DNA of 64,000 nt from Alphaproteobacteria bacterium. GTDB taxonomy: Bacteria; Pseudomonadota; Alphaproteobacteria; G965222575. The position numbers and the translations under genes are program-made. The stretch spans positions 864,001-928,000 of the forward strand of contig OZ244958.1 in the NCBI GenBank assembly GCA_965222575.1. Direction: 5' to 3'. The notes under the pieces were generated by a model. It worked only from the letters and a program-made list of their open reading frames with translations. It was not told the DNA's origin and did not search any database. Positions 51,109 through 60,449 of this stretch are shown here, piece after piece (positions within the stretch are counted from its first letter, which is position 1; each line of letters starts with the position of its first letter).

Positions 51109-52665
51109 CTAGGTGCGGGGGGTTGCGCGGGGGGTTCTTCCTCCTAGAGGGAAAAGGACGGGCGGTAGTGAGATAGGGTGTCCTGCTTTGAGAGGATGGT
51201 GGAGAAGTTGTGTTTTCGTAAGGGGGGCTTGTGCACGTCCCAGGGCTTTTAGCACTTTATCGGCAGCAATTGGAATCACGGGACTGACAAGAAGGGCTAA
51301 TTGACGACAGAGTTCAAGAGCGACCCAGAGGACAGTTTTCATCCGTAAGGGGTCTGAGGTTTTCAAGGCCCAGGGTTGTTGCATTGCTATGTATTTATTT
51401 GCTTCTGATATGCCTGCCCATATTTCTTTGAGGGCTTCTGAAATCTCTTGTTTTTCTAGTCTTTTCTCCATTTTGTTGAGGAGGATTTTTATGTTGGCAA
51501 AGAGTTGTGTATCCTCTTGTTTCAGAGGTGCAGGAGAGGGACATTGTTGTTGACAATTGTCCATAATCATGGAGAAAACGCGTTGAATAAGGTTGCCAAA
51601 ATCGTTAGCGAGGTCTGCTTTGGTACGGGTTTTGACGGCCTCTTCGGAAAAATCACCGTCACTACCAAAGGGGAGGTGTCTTAAGAGAAAGTATCGTATT
51701 TCGTCTGTTCCGTATGTTTGCACCATTTGTTGTGCCGAGAGAAAATTGCCTGCAGATTTTGACATTTTTTCTCCCTCTACCGTCCACCACCCATGAGCAA
51801 AGATGCGTTTAGGCATAGGCAATTCTGCAGCCAACAAAAAGGCAGGCCAATACACAGCATGAAAGCGTAAAATATCTTTTCCAACAACATGAACGGCGTG
51901 TGACCAAAAGGTTTGAAATTGAGGTGTGCCCGTATCGGGATACCCAAGAGCAGTGATATAGTTACTTAAAGCATCAAGCCATACATACATTACATGGCGT
52001 TTATCGCCCGGTACTGGTATTCCCCATTGACAGCTTGTGCGACTAATAGATAAATCCTTCAGTCCCTTTTTCACAAAGCTTACCACTTCATTATAGCGCC
52101 CACGCGGCAGAATAAACTCTGGATTCGCGTGATAAAACGCTAACAAATCATCCGTATAGGCAGAGAGGCGAAAGAAATAACTCTCTTCTTCCAGCCATTT
52201 TACAGGTCTCCCACTTGAAGAGAGACGTTGACCACCCTCTACAACTACTGTTTCTTCTTCTGTATAAAAGGCTTCATCAGCCACAGCATACCATCCTGTA
52301 TAAACGCCTTTATAAATATCTCCTTTTGCTTGTAAGACTTTCCATAAGTGTTGAACGCCTTTGATGTGATGAGGTTGTGTGGTTCTGATAAAAGCATCAT
52401 TGGACAGGCAGAAAAGAGAGGTTAGGAGTTGGAAATTTTGACTGACATCATTACAGTGCTGTTGGGGAGATATGCCCTTTTTTTCAGCAGCCACTTGGAT
52501 TTTCTGTCCATGTTCATCTGTGCCTGTGAGAAAGAAGGTTTGATACTCTAAAAAGCGCGAAAGTCTTGCAAGAAAATCAACAGCAATAGAAGTATAGGCA
52601 TGTCCGATATGCGGATTGTCATTGACATAGTAGATAGGCGAGGTGACGGTTGAAATTTTGTCCAT
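51109..52665 (-). CDS. metG: Methionine--tRNA ligase
   Basis: PIYYVN.PHIGH, YVWLDAL, GKDILRFH, KMSKS; start set at ATG 52665. Confidence 0.96.
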   Translation of the reverse strand: MDKISTVTSPIYYVNDNPHIGHAYTSIAVDFLARLSRFLEYQTFFLTGTDEHGQKIQVAAEKKGISPQQHCNDVSQNFQLLTSLFCLSNDAFIRTTQPHHIKGVQHLWKVLQAKGDIYKGVYTGWYAVADEAFYTEEETVVVEGGQRLSSSGRPVKWLEEESYFFRLSAYTDDLLAFYHANPEFILPRGRYNEVVSFVKKGLKDLSISRTSCQWGIPVPGDKRHVMYVWLDALSNYITALGYPDTGTPQFQTFWSHAVHVVGKDILRFHAVYWPAFLLAAELPMPKRIFAHGWWTVEGEKMSKSAGNFLSAQQMVQTYGTDEIRYFLLRHLPFGSDGDFSEEAVKTRTKADLANDFGNLIQRVFSMIMDNCQQQCPSPAPLKQEDTQLFANIKILLNKMEKRLEKQEISEALKEIWAGISEANKYIAMQQPWALKTSDPLRMKTVLWVALELCRQLALLVSPVIPIAADKVLKALGRAQAPLTKTQLLHHPLKAGHPISLPPVLFPLGGRTPRATPRT

Positions 52666-53659
52666 AAGCGTTCCCTTTGATAGAAAAAAGAGGCACATAG
52701 TGCCCTTTCATTGCTTGGGACAGCATAGAGCACAGGAGGAAAACTAGCAACTGTTTATCCACATTCAGAGTGTTACCGTAAGTTTCTATTTTTCCCAACA
52801 TATCCCAAATATTGAACCATGAGGGGGCTGTTTTGGTACTAGGCGCGACGGCGTTTTTTTGTTCTGAGAGGATTTTGTGCCGTAAGCTTCTTAAGAAGCG
52901 CTGCCACGCTTTGGCGTCTGTAGCAATCAGGCGCGCCATTTTGTATATCTCCCACCAACAGGGGTCTTCAGACAGCATGCGGGTCATATCCTGTGATAAG
53001 GTGTCTTTATCTTCTGTTATCCAAGCGATATAGCCCATACTGCCTTGTGCTTCGTGAATGATATGTTTTGGGCAGGTGATAGAGAGTTTGTCTAAAATTG
53101 CCGTGATTGTGTTTTCTGTGAGGGAGGAAAAAGGCACGGTAAGGCAACGGGATTGGATGGTTGAGAGCACTTGAAATTGGTGTGAAATGAGGAGGAAAAG
53201 CACATGTAAGGGGGGTTCTTCTAGGATTTTGAGGATGCTGTTTTGTGCTTGAGGCGTGAGGGAATCCAGTGCATCAATGATGACCACAGTAGGGTGATTG
53301 GCTACTTGGGTTTTTTGAAGAAATGCCTTCATATGGCGGACTTCTTCAATGGGTATCATAGGCTCTTCTTCAGAGGCTTGAAGGCAATAGCAATGCGGGT
53401 GAAGCCCATTGGCAATTTGCTTACAGATAGCAGTTGGTTGTTCCGGAGGGTGCAGAGATTGTAAGGTAGAGGGGTTCCACGGCGTGTGGTTTAGGCAAGC
53501 TCTTGCGAGGTGGTAGGCGGTGGTCGCTTTGCCAACACCTTGCATGCCTTGTAATAAGAGAGGAATTAGTCGTTGACTTTGTACAACCTTAAGACAAAGG
53601 GATTGCTGTTGTTGATGTCCTTCTAAACAGGGGTTATAAGCAGGAGAGGGAAAAGACAT
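52619..53659 (-). CDS. holB: DNA polymerase III subunit delta'
   Basis: GMQGVGKAT, AQNSILKILEEPP, TIQSRC; lies between dacA and metG. Confidence 0.88.
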   Translation of the reverse strand: MSFPSPAYNPCLEGHQQQQSLCLKVVQSQRLIPLLLQGMQGVGKATTAYHLARACLNHTPWNPSTLQSLHPPEQPTAICKQIANGLHPHCYCLQASEEEPMIPIEEVRHMKAFLQKTQVANHPTVVIIDALDSLTPQAQNSILKILEEPPLHVLFLLISHQFQVLSTIQSRCLTVPFSSLTENTITAILDKLSITCPKHIIHEAQGSMGYIAWITEDKDTLSQDMTRMLSEDPCWWEIYKMARLIATDAKAWQRFLRSLRHKILSEQKNAVAPSTKTAPSWFNIWDMLGKIETYGNTLNVDKQLLVFLLCSMLSQAMKGHYVPLFSIKGNAYGQNFNRHLAYLLCQ

Positions 53660-53665
53660 AAGATA

Positions 53666-54796
53666 TTATGGTACGGCTACTGGCAAGCCCCACAACAGGT
53701 ACGATAAAGCCCTGAAACTCCGCTGAAAAATAAAGGCTTTTTTGACCTCCTCTCCCACCACTAAGGGGAAAGAGACATAGGGTTTCCCAAATGTTTCAAG
53801 GGAGAGTGTGCCAACAGTTTGTCCTTTTACAAGAGGGGCTTGTAAGGGTTCCGTATAGGTTACAAATCCTTCAAAGGCTTTGGCCATCTGTCTTGGCAAG
53901 CTGATGAACATATCCTGTTCCGCCACCAATGGGACATGGCGTTTTTTCCCCTGCCAGACAGGAATCATTGCTATAACCTCCCCTTTAGAGGCGAGTTTAT
54001 AATTGACAAAGTTGCGAAACCCCCAATCTAGCAAACGCGAAACTTCCGTGTTACGAACTTGCATAGTCTTTAAGCCCGCTATCACTAACACAAGACGCTT
54101 CCCTCCCCGATAAGCGGAAGCAGCAAGACCATATCCCGCTTCACTGGTATGACCGGTCTTAAGACCATCCACTCCTAAAAAATCATCCCACAGTAAAGTA
54201 TTTCTATTCTGCTGCTTGATACCAGAATAAGTGAACACCTTCTCCGCAAATAGCGGATAGTATTCCGGAAAATCTTCTATTAACCGCTGAGACAAAAGGG
54301 CAATATCCTTAAGCGTCATCCCTTGTCCTGTATACGGTAACCCTGAAGCATTAAAAAAAATAGACCCCTTAAGACCTAATTGTTGCGCTTTCTCATTCAT
54401 CCAGTTCACAAACTTATCTTCACTGCCCGCTAACCCTTCTGCTAACACAATAGAGGCATCGTTGCCAGATTGCACAATCACCCCCCTTAACAAGTCCTCC
54501 ACCCGCACCTTTTCCCCAACAGGCACAAACATTTTAGACCCCTGTGTCTTCCAAGCCTTCTTACTCACCCAAAAGGTATCCTCCATCTTCAATCGACCAG
54601 CCTTCAATTCTTCAAACACAATATACAATGTCATTAACTTGCTCATTGAAGCAGGCGAAATAGGCGCTGAAGCATTCTTTTCCATGAGAACAGTTTGTGT
54701 CTGATGGTCTATCAGATAAACATAATCCGCAATTGTTGCAGCCCCCAAGCCTTGCCCCCATAACATGGCCCCTAAAATCACTAATCTGTATGGCAT
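53666..54796 (-). CDS. dacA: D-alanyl-D-alanine carboxypeptidase (PBP5/6 family)
   Basis: SxxK (PASMSK), SxN (QSGNDA) and KTG motifs. Confidence 0.92.
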   Translation of the reverse strand: MPYRLVILGAMLWGQGLGAATIADYVYLIDHQTQTVLMEKNASAPISPASMSKLMTLYIVFEELKAGRLKMEDTFWVSKKAWKTQGSKMFVPVGEKVRVEDLLRGVIVQSGNDASIVLAEGLAGSEDKFVNWMNEKAQQLGLKGSIFFNASGLPYTGQGMTLKDIALLSQRLIEDFPEYYPLFAEKVFTYSGIKQQNRNTLLWDDFLGVDGLKTGHTSEAGYGLAASAYRGGKRLVLVIAGLKTMQVRNTEVSRLLDWGFRNFVNYKLASKGEVIAMIPVWQGKKRHVPLVAEQDMFISLPRQMAKAFEGFVTYTEPLQAPLVKGQTVGTLSLETFGKPYVSFPLVVGEEVKKAFIFQRSFRALSYLLWGLPVAVP

Positions 54797-54802
54797 ATGT
54801 CC

Positions 54803-55480
54803 CTATTTTTTGTCTTTTGTCGGTGGTGGAGAATCTGTGACTGGCTTTTCCTCAGGAGAAGCTTGTGATGTATCCTCTTTTTTGTCTTTTGTCGGTGGTG
54901 GAGAATCTGTGACTGGCTTTTCTTCAGGAGAAGCTTGTGATGTATCCTCTTGTGGGACTTGTGGTAGCGGCGTTTTGTCCCCTCCTAATGACCGTAGAAA
55001 CAAAATCATAGCCGCTCTATCTTCAACTTTTTTCAAGCCTGCAAAAGCCATTTTTGTCCCCTTAACATATCGCGCCGGCTTTTTAAGAAAGTTATCTAAG
55101 GTTTCATAATCCCATTGTCCTGTAAGTCCTCTGAGGGCTTTAGAGTAACCAAAGCCGCTCTTTGAAGCGATGTTTTTGTTGAAAGTTGACCAGAGATTGG
55201 GTCCTATGCCACTTTTTTCTCCCTCTAGGAAGGTATGACAGGAGAGACATTTTTTAGCGATTCTCTCTCCCATTTCTCTTGTGACCTGCCGTAGTGCTAA
55301 GGCAATAGGAATATCCGGGGTTTTCTCTTGTTTTATCCCGCTCTCACCAAGGGATTGGGGGAGTTCATGGAGTGTCATTTTTTCTCCAAAAATGCCATCA
55401 GTGACTTTACCGAGTAATAAGAAAAACAAGGCACAACAAAAGACAGAAGCAGCAAAAGTATTAAGAGAAAAAGACTTCAT
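54803..55480 (-). CDS. Membrane-anchored c-type cytochrome (CycM/c2-like)
   Basis: N-terminal TM helix, CLSCH heme motif, GPNLW, GTKMAFAGLKK. Confidence 0.9.
   Translation of the reverse strand: MKSFSLNTFAASVFCCALFFLLLGKVTDGIFGEKMTLHELPQSLGESGIKQEKTPDIPIALALRQVTREMGERIAKKCLSCHTFLEGEKSGIGPNLWSTFNKNIASKSGFGYSKALRGLTGQWDYETLDNFLKKPARYVKGTKMAFAGLKKVEDRAAMILFLRSLGGDKTPLPQVPQEDTSQASPEEKPVTDSPPPTKDKKEDTSQASPEEKPVTDSPPPTKDKK
54806..54949 (-). repeat. 72-bp tandem duplication at the cytochrome c C-terminus
   Basis: EDTSQASPEEKPVTDSPPPTKDKK x2, with one synonymous difference. Confidence 0.92.
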
Positions 55481-55641
55481 AACGCTTTGTCATCATAGGG
55501 TTGGTATCGTATACTTTACACATTACGCAGGGTGTTGGAAAGCTTGTTTTTCAGATTGTGTACGTCATGAAATTATGATAGCAAAAGAAGAAAAAAACTC
55601 TTACCATGTGGCAAAGACGGGTTTTTTACAAGAAGAGTGCT

Positions 55642-56658
55642 ATGTCTTCTCATACGATAGTCTCTGGGGTACAGCCTACAGGGGCTTTACATATTGGTAA
55701 TTATCTTGGGGCTTTAGGGCGCTTTAAGAGTTTTGAGACAAAAGCGGTTTCCACAAAAGGAGAGGCCTTATTTTGTATTGTAGACCTTCATGCACTGACA
55801 AGGACTCAGGCACCTATTGCGTTATCGAGCAGTATCAGGCGTACAGTTGCCTCGTTATTAGCCTGCGGTCTTAATCCTTCAAAGAGTATTATTTTTGTAC
55901 AAAGCTGTATCCCTGAGCATGGAACATTGGCTTGGATATTAAATTGTGTTTGCCGCATGGGTTGGCTCAACAGGATGACGCAGTTTAAGGAGAAAGCCGG
56001 GGAGCAAAAAGAAAAAGCCTCTTGTGGTCTTTGGGTTTATCCCATACTGATGGCGGCAGATATTCTTCTTTATAATGCTACTTCTGTGCCTGTAGGAGAA
56101 GACCAGCAGCAGCATTTGGAGCTAACGCGTGACATTGCTGCCAAGTTCAACAAAGAGTACGCCCCCCTGTTCAATCTTCCCTCTGCTTTGATAGAGAAAG
56201 ATGGTAGTCGTGTCATGTCCTTGAGAGACCCGTCAAAAAAGATGTCAAAATCTGATGCATCACCTTTAAGTCGCCTAGAGCTTACGGACAAAGAGGATAT
56301 GATAGAAAAGAAAATTAGGAAAGCCGTGACAGACTCGTTGCCCTTCCCTAGCACGATACAGGAGGCGGGGGAGCGTAAGGGCATAGAGAATCTGTTAAAA
56401 ATTTACTGTGCTGTTTCAAAAGTCTCTTTAGAGAGAGCCTGTGAGACATTTGGAGGAGGGCCTATTGCAACATTCAAAGAGGCTTTAACAGAGTGTGTAA
56501 TTGAGTGTCTTGTTCCCTTAGGAAAGGAGATAAGGCGTTGGGAGGGGGAAGCGGAGGGGCTTTTTGAGATTTTACAATCGGGGGCAAGGAGGGCAAGAGC
56601 GTTAGCTGTTCCTCGTTTAGCAGAAATAAAACAGGCATTGGGATTGCCGTGTTTTTGA
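55642..56658 (+). CDS. trpS: Tryptophan--tRNA ligase
   Basis: SGVQPTG, HIGN, LMAADIL, KMSKS; start probably ATG 55642. Confidence 0.96.
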   Translation: MSSHTIVSGVQPTGALHIGNYLGALGRFKSFETKAVSTKGEALFCIVDLHALTRTQAPIALSSSIRRTVASLLACGLNPSKSIIFVQSCIPEHGTLAWILNCVCRMGWLNRMTQFKEKAGEQKEKASCGLWVYPILMAADILLYNATSVPVGEDQQQHLELTRDIAAKFNKEYAPLFNLPSALIEKDGSRVMSLRDPSKKMSKSDASPLSRLELTDKEDMIEKKIRKAVTDSLPFPSTIQEAGERKGIENLLKIYCAVSKVSLERACETFGGGPIATFKEALTECVIECLVPLGKEIRRWEGEAEGLFEILQSGARRARALAVPRLAEIKQALGLPCF

Positions 56659-56727
56659 AGTGTCTCTTTATTTTTTTATTACTCTTCTTTAAGATAGGGT
56701 AAGGATGTTAAGACAGCAAGGGATGAG

Positions 56728-57741
56728 ATGTCAGTTTTAGAGAGTATAGCAGTTGCCAATGCCCTTGTAGCGCCCGGATTGGGAATATTGGCTTTAGATG
56801 AGAGTACAGCTACAATTGGGAAGCGTTTGCAATCTGTAGGGTGCGAGAACACGGAAGAGAAGAGGCGTTTATACCGTCAGATGTTGCTCACGACAAATTC
56901 TTTAGGGGATTTTATCAGTGGGGTAATTTTATACGAGGAGACCTTGTTTCAGAAGACTGATAGTGGCATTTCTTTTGTAAAGGTTTTAGAAGAAGAAGGG
57001 ATATTTCCGGGCGTAAAAGTAGACAAGGGGACTCATATTTTAGCGGGAGGGAAGGAAGGAGAGGTTATCACGGAAGGGTTAGACGGTCTTCGGTATAGGC
57101 TGGAGAAGTATGGGGAGGCGGGGGCACGATTTACGAAGTGGCGTGGGGTGTTGAAACTGAGTGACGGTTATTGTTCTCGGGCTTGTATTCAAGCCAATGC
57201 TTGGTCTTTAGCGCGGTTTGCGGCTTTATCCCAGGAGCAAGGTCTTGCCCCCATTGTAGAGCCTGAGATTTTAATGGAAGGAGACCATAGTATGGAACAT
57301 TGCTATGAGACTACAGTTGAGGTTTTAGAAGCGGTATTTGAAGCCTTAAAGGACCAAAATGTTCTGTTGGAAGGCATGGTGTTAAAGATGAACATGGTAA
57401 CGGCTGGGTCGTTTTGCAAGAAGAAGCCTTCTGTGGAAGAGGTAGCGGAGGAAACCGTGTTGTTGGTACAACGTATTGTGCCTGCAGCCGTACCGGGGAT
57501 AGCGTTTTTATCAGGCGGTCAAGGTGATGTGTTAGCAACAGAGCACCTACAAGCTATCAATAGTCTTGGGTCTTTTCCTTGGACATTGACCTTTTCCTAT
57601 GGTCGCGCTTTACAATCGGGTTCCTTGAAAATTTGGGGCGCAACCTCTTCTCATGTAGAAGAAGCCCAACAGCATTTGTATTATCGCGCTTCCTTAAATT
57701 CTAAGGCTTCTTTAGGGAAATATGAAGGGGAAATCACTTAA
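56728..57741 (+). CDS. Fructose-bisphosphate aldolase class I
   Basis: GILALDES, KVDKG, PIVEPE, FLSGGQ, FSYGRALQ. Confidence 0.94.
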   Translation: MSVLESIAVANALVAPGLGILALDESTATIGKRLQSVGCENTEEKRRLYRQMLLTTNSLGDFISGVILYEETLFQKTDSGISFVKVLEEEGIFPGVKVDKGTHILAGGKEGEVITEGLDGLRYRLEKYGEAGARFTKWRGVLKLSDGYCSRACIQANAWSLARFAALSQEQGLAPIVEPEILMEGDHSMEHCYETTVEVLEAVFEALKDQNVLLEGMVLKMNMVTAGSFCKKKPSVEEVAEETVLLVQRIVPAAVPGIAFLSGGQGDVLATEHLQAINSLGSFPWTLTFSYGRALQSGSLKIWGATSSHVEEAQQHLYYRASLNSKASLGKYEGEIT

Positions 57742-58372
57742 GGGGCGCCTTTATCTGATTACGCCCCCTCTTTTCTTAACACAAGACATTGAGCGTTTTC
57801 TCTCTCTTTTGCCTGAGGTTTTATCGAAGCCGGAGGTTGGCTTTTTACAGTTACGGATGAAAAAGGGGGGCTTTACCAAAGTATTGAAGACAGCAAGGTC
57901 TATCAAGGCACTATGTGCGCGGTTCCGGGTAAGATTTGTTGTCAACGATGAGGTTGAGATAGCCAAAGCTGTAGGGTCTTGGGGGCTACACTTAGGACAA
58001 AATGATGTGTCTGTTCAAGAGGCTAGAAAGCAAGCACCAGAGGTTGTGGTGAGCGTTAGCTGTCACGGGGATGTCCGTTTAGGAGAAAAAGCCCAAAGAG
58101 AAGGTGCTGATATGGTTTCCTTTGGGGCTTGTTATCCTTCTGTGACAAAGCCTCAAGCCCCTCGTGCTAAGATAGAAGCCCTAGAGTCTTTTCTCCGCAC
58201 GACCCCTCTTATGACCATAGCCATAGGAGGCATCACAGCTCAAACAGCCCCCTCACTATTACACAGAGGCTTTCATTACTTAGCGCTTTCCTCCTTTGTG
58301 TTCTCGCATCCGTTAGGGGCACTACAAGCCATTGAAGAGCTGTCTGATAGCATGAGGGACACTACTCCATGA
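57722..58372 (+). CDS. thiE: Thiamine-phosphate synthase
   Basis: LYLITP, LQLRMK, VND, HLGQND, AIGGIT; follows the aldolase as in many Alphaproteobacteria. Confidence 0.9.
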   Translation: MKGKSLKGRLYLITPPLFLTQDIERFLSLLPEVLSKPEVGFLQLRMKKGGFTKVLKTARSIKALCARFRVRFVVNDEVEIAKAVGSWGLHLGQNDVSVQEARKQAPEVVVSVSCHGDVRLGEKAQREGADMVSFGACYPSVTKPQAPRAKIEALESFLRTTPLMTIAIGGITAQTAPSLLHRGFHYLALSSFVFSHPLGALQAIEELSDSMRDTTP

Positions 58373-59532
58373 TGAAGCAGCCCTACAAGCCTTGCTTTGA
58401 GAAGTTTTCTCCTCTCACCACCAAGAGAATCGTACAGGCTCTGATAAAGTGGCACTCAAAGCAGGGACGCAAGGACTTGAAGTGGTTAAGAGACTATCAT
58501 GTTGCGTCTAACCCTTACTCTGTTTGGGTAAGCGAAGTGATTTTACAACAGACCACCTTAGCCACAGGGAAGAAACGCATTGGAGAATTTTTATCGCGCT
58601 TTCCTTCTCTTGAGATTCTCGCAAGGTCTTCTTTGGAGGAAATTTTACAAGCCTTCGCTGGTCTTGGTTATTATGCACGGGGGCGCAATTTGCATACCTG
58701 TGCACAAGTGGTGATGGAGAAGCATGGGGGGCATTTTCCCTCTACCATAGAAGCTTTATGCGCCCTTCCCGGCATTGGTCGTTACACAGCAGGGGCCCTA
58801 ATGACCTTCTGTTACAATCAAAACGCCCCTGTCCTAGAGTGCAACATCGCACGCGTCATAGCCCGCCTGTTTTATATTGCTACGCCTTTTCCTGCAGGCG
58901 AGAAAGTCTGTTGGGAGGCAGCCGCCTCCCTGTTGCCAGTCTCTCACCCAAGAATTTATACGCAAGCCCTGTTAGATTTAGGCTCCACTCTGTGTACACC
59001 TCTCGCCCCTAACTGCCCCCTCTGTCCTCTCCAGTCCCTTTGCCGTTACGCTACAAACTCTACCACCACCAACACCACCCGTCCGCTCCCTCCTATCTTT
59101 CCGCCTAAACCCCCGCGCCCCACACGCCGCACTACAGCACTCTGGGTCACCACCAACATCAAAGGACAACACTGCGTCCTCCTACAAAAACGCGAAAATA
59201 AAGGACTACTAGGAGGAATGATGGAATTCCCCTCAACGCCATGGCAAGAAAATACGCCTCTTCCTAAACGCCCCAATCCCTCTTTTGAAAAAGCCTTATC
59301 CTTTGCTACTCCCTCTTCCCCTTCTTGGACATTACAAGACCAAGTCATTCACCACGCCTTCACCCATTTCTACCTACATCTGAAAGTAGCACTCACGCAC
59401 TTCTCGCACCCGCCAATGCTAAAGGCTCACCAACGCTTCTGCCCTGTAGACAGCCTCCACAATCAAGCACTTCCCACAGTCATGAAAAAAGTCGCTACCC
59501 TTGCTATGCTTGAGACCAAAACAAAAACTTGA
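58369..59532 (+). CDS. mutY: A/G-specific adenine glycosylase
   Basis: WVSEVILQQT, GLGYYAR, LPGIGRYTA, Fe-S motif CTP..PNCPLCPL...C, HAFTHF. Confidence 0.92.
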   Translation: MMKQPYKPCFEKFSPLTTKRIVQALIKWHSKQGRKDLKWLRDYHVASNPYSVWVSEVILQQTTLATGKKRIGEFLSRFPSLEILARSSLEEILQAFAGLGYYARGRNLHTCAQVVMEKHGGHFPSTIEALCALPGIGRYTAGALMTFCYNQNAPVLECNIARVIARLFYIATPFPAGEKVCWEAAASLLPVSHPRIYTQALLDLGSTLCTPLAPNCPLCPLQSLCRYATNSTTTNTTRPLPPIFPPKPPRPTRRTTALWVTTNIKGQHCVLLQKRENKGLLGGMMEFPSTPWQENTPLPKRPNPSFEKALSFATPSSPSWTLQDQVIHHAFTHFYLHLKVALTHFSHPPMLKAHQRFCPVDSLHNQALPTVMKKVATLAMLETKTKT

Positions 59533-59577
59533 TACAGTACAGATATCTTAAACCCCCTCGGTCTTTCAATAACGGAT

Positions 59578-60447
59578 ATGCCTTCTTACGGAACTTTTGA
59601 ACGCACAGTTGCACAGCTACAACAATTTTGGCAACAATATGACTGCACTGTTCTACAGCCTTATGATATGCCTATGGGCGCCGGCACTTTTCACCCTGCT
59701 TGCTTCTTTGGCACACTGAAAGACCAAAACTTTTCCGCTTGTTATGTACAGCCTTCTCGCCGTCCTACAGATGGTCGTTACGGACAGAATCCCAATCGCT
59801 TAGGGCAATACTACCAGTTTCAAGTTCTCCTCAAGCCTGCTCCCGACCATATCCAGCAGCTATATCTCAAAAGCCTTGATGCCCTAGGCCTTAAGACAGC
59901 GCAAAATGATATTCGTTTCTTGGAAGATGACTGGGGAAACCCTACCTTAGGCGCCTATGGGGTAGGGTGGGAGGTCTGGTGCAATGGAATGGAAATTACC
60001 CAGTTTACCTATTTTCAACGCCTAGCCTCCTTACCCCTTAAAGTCATCCCTGTAGAAATTACCTATGGTCTTGAACGGCTCTGTTTATATTTACAGGGGA
60101 AAGACAATGTCTTTGATATCAAGTGGAATGACCGTTTAACATATGGAGAGCTTTTTGCAAGGAATGAGCAAGAAATGTCTTGTTTTCATTTTGAAAAAGC
60201 GGACACGGAGCGGCTTGAGAAAATTTTTCATCACCACAAAGAGATGGCAACAAGTCTTATACTAGAGGCGTTATTATTACCGGCTTATGATAGCTTTATA
60301 GCTATTAATGCGTGTTTTAATCTGTTGGATGCCCGTGGCGTGCTATCGGTGGTGCGGCGGGCGGACATGATACAAGAGATTCGCTCTATTGCTTCTTCTA
60401 TTGCTGGGGGTATGGGGAAAGTGAATACGGTACGGGAGGGGGTATAG
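59578..60447 (+). CDS. glyQ: Glycine--tRNA ligase alpha subunit
   Basis: GAGTFHP, RRPTDGRYGQNPNRL, EITYGLERL. Confidence 0.96.
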   Translation: MPSYGTFERTVAQLQQFWQQYDCTVLQPYDMPMGAGTFHPACFFGTLKDQNFSACYVQPSRRPTDGRYGQNPNRLGQYYQFQVLLKPAPDHIQQLYLKSLDALGLKTAQNDIRFLEDDWGNPTLGAYGVGWEVWCNGMEITQFTYFQRLASLPLKVIPVEITYGLERLCLYLQGKDNVFDIKWNDRLTYGELFARNEQEMSCFHFEKADTERLEKIFHHHKEMATSLILEALLLPAYDSFIAINACFNLLDARGVLSVVRRADMIQEIRSIASSIAGGMGKVNTVREGV

Positions 60448-60449
60448 GG

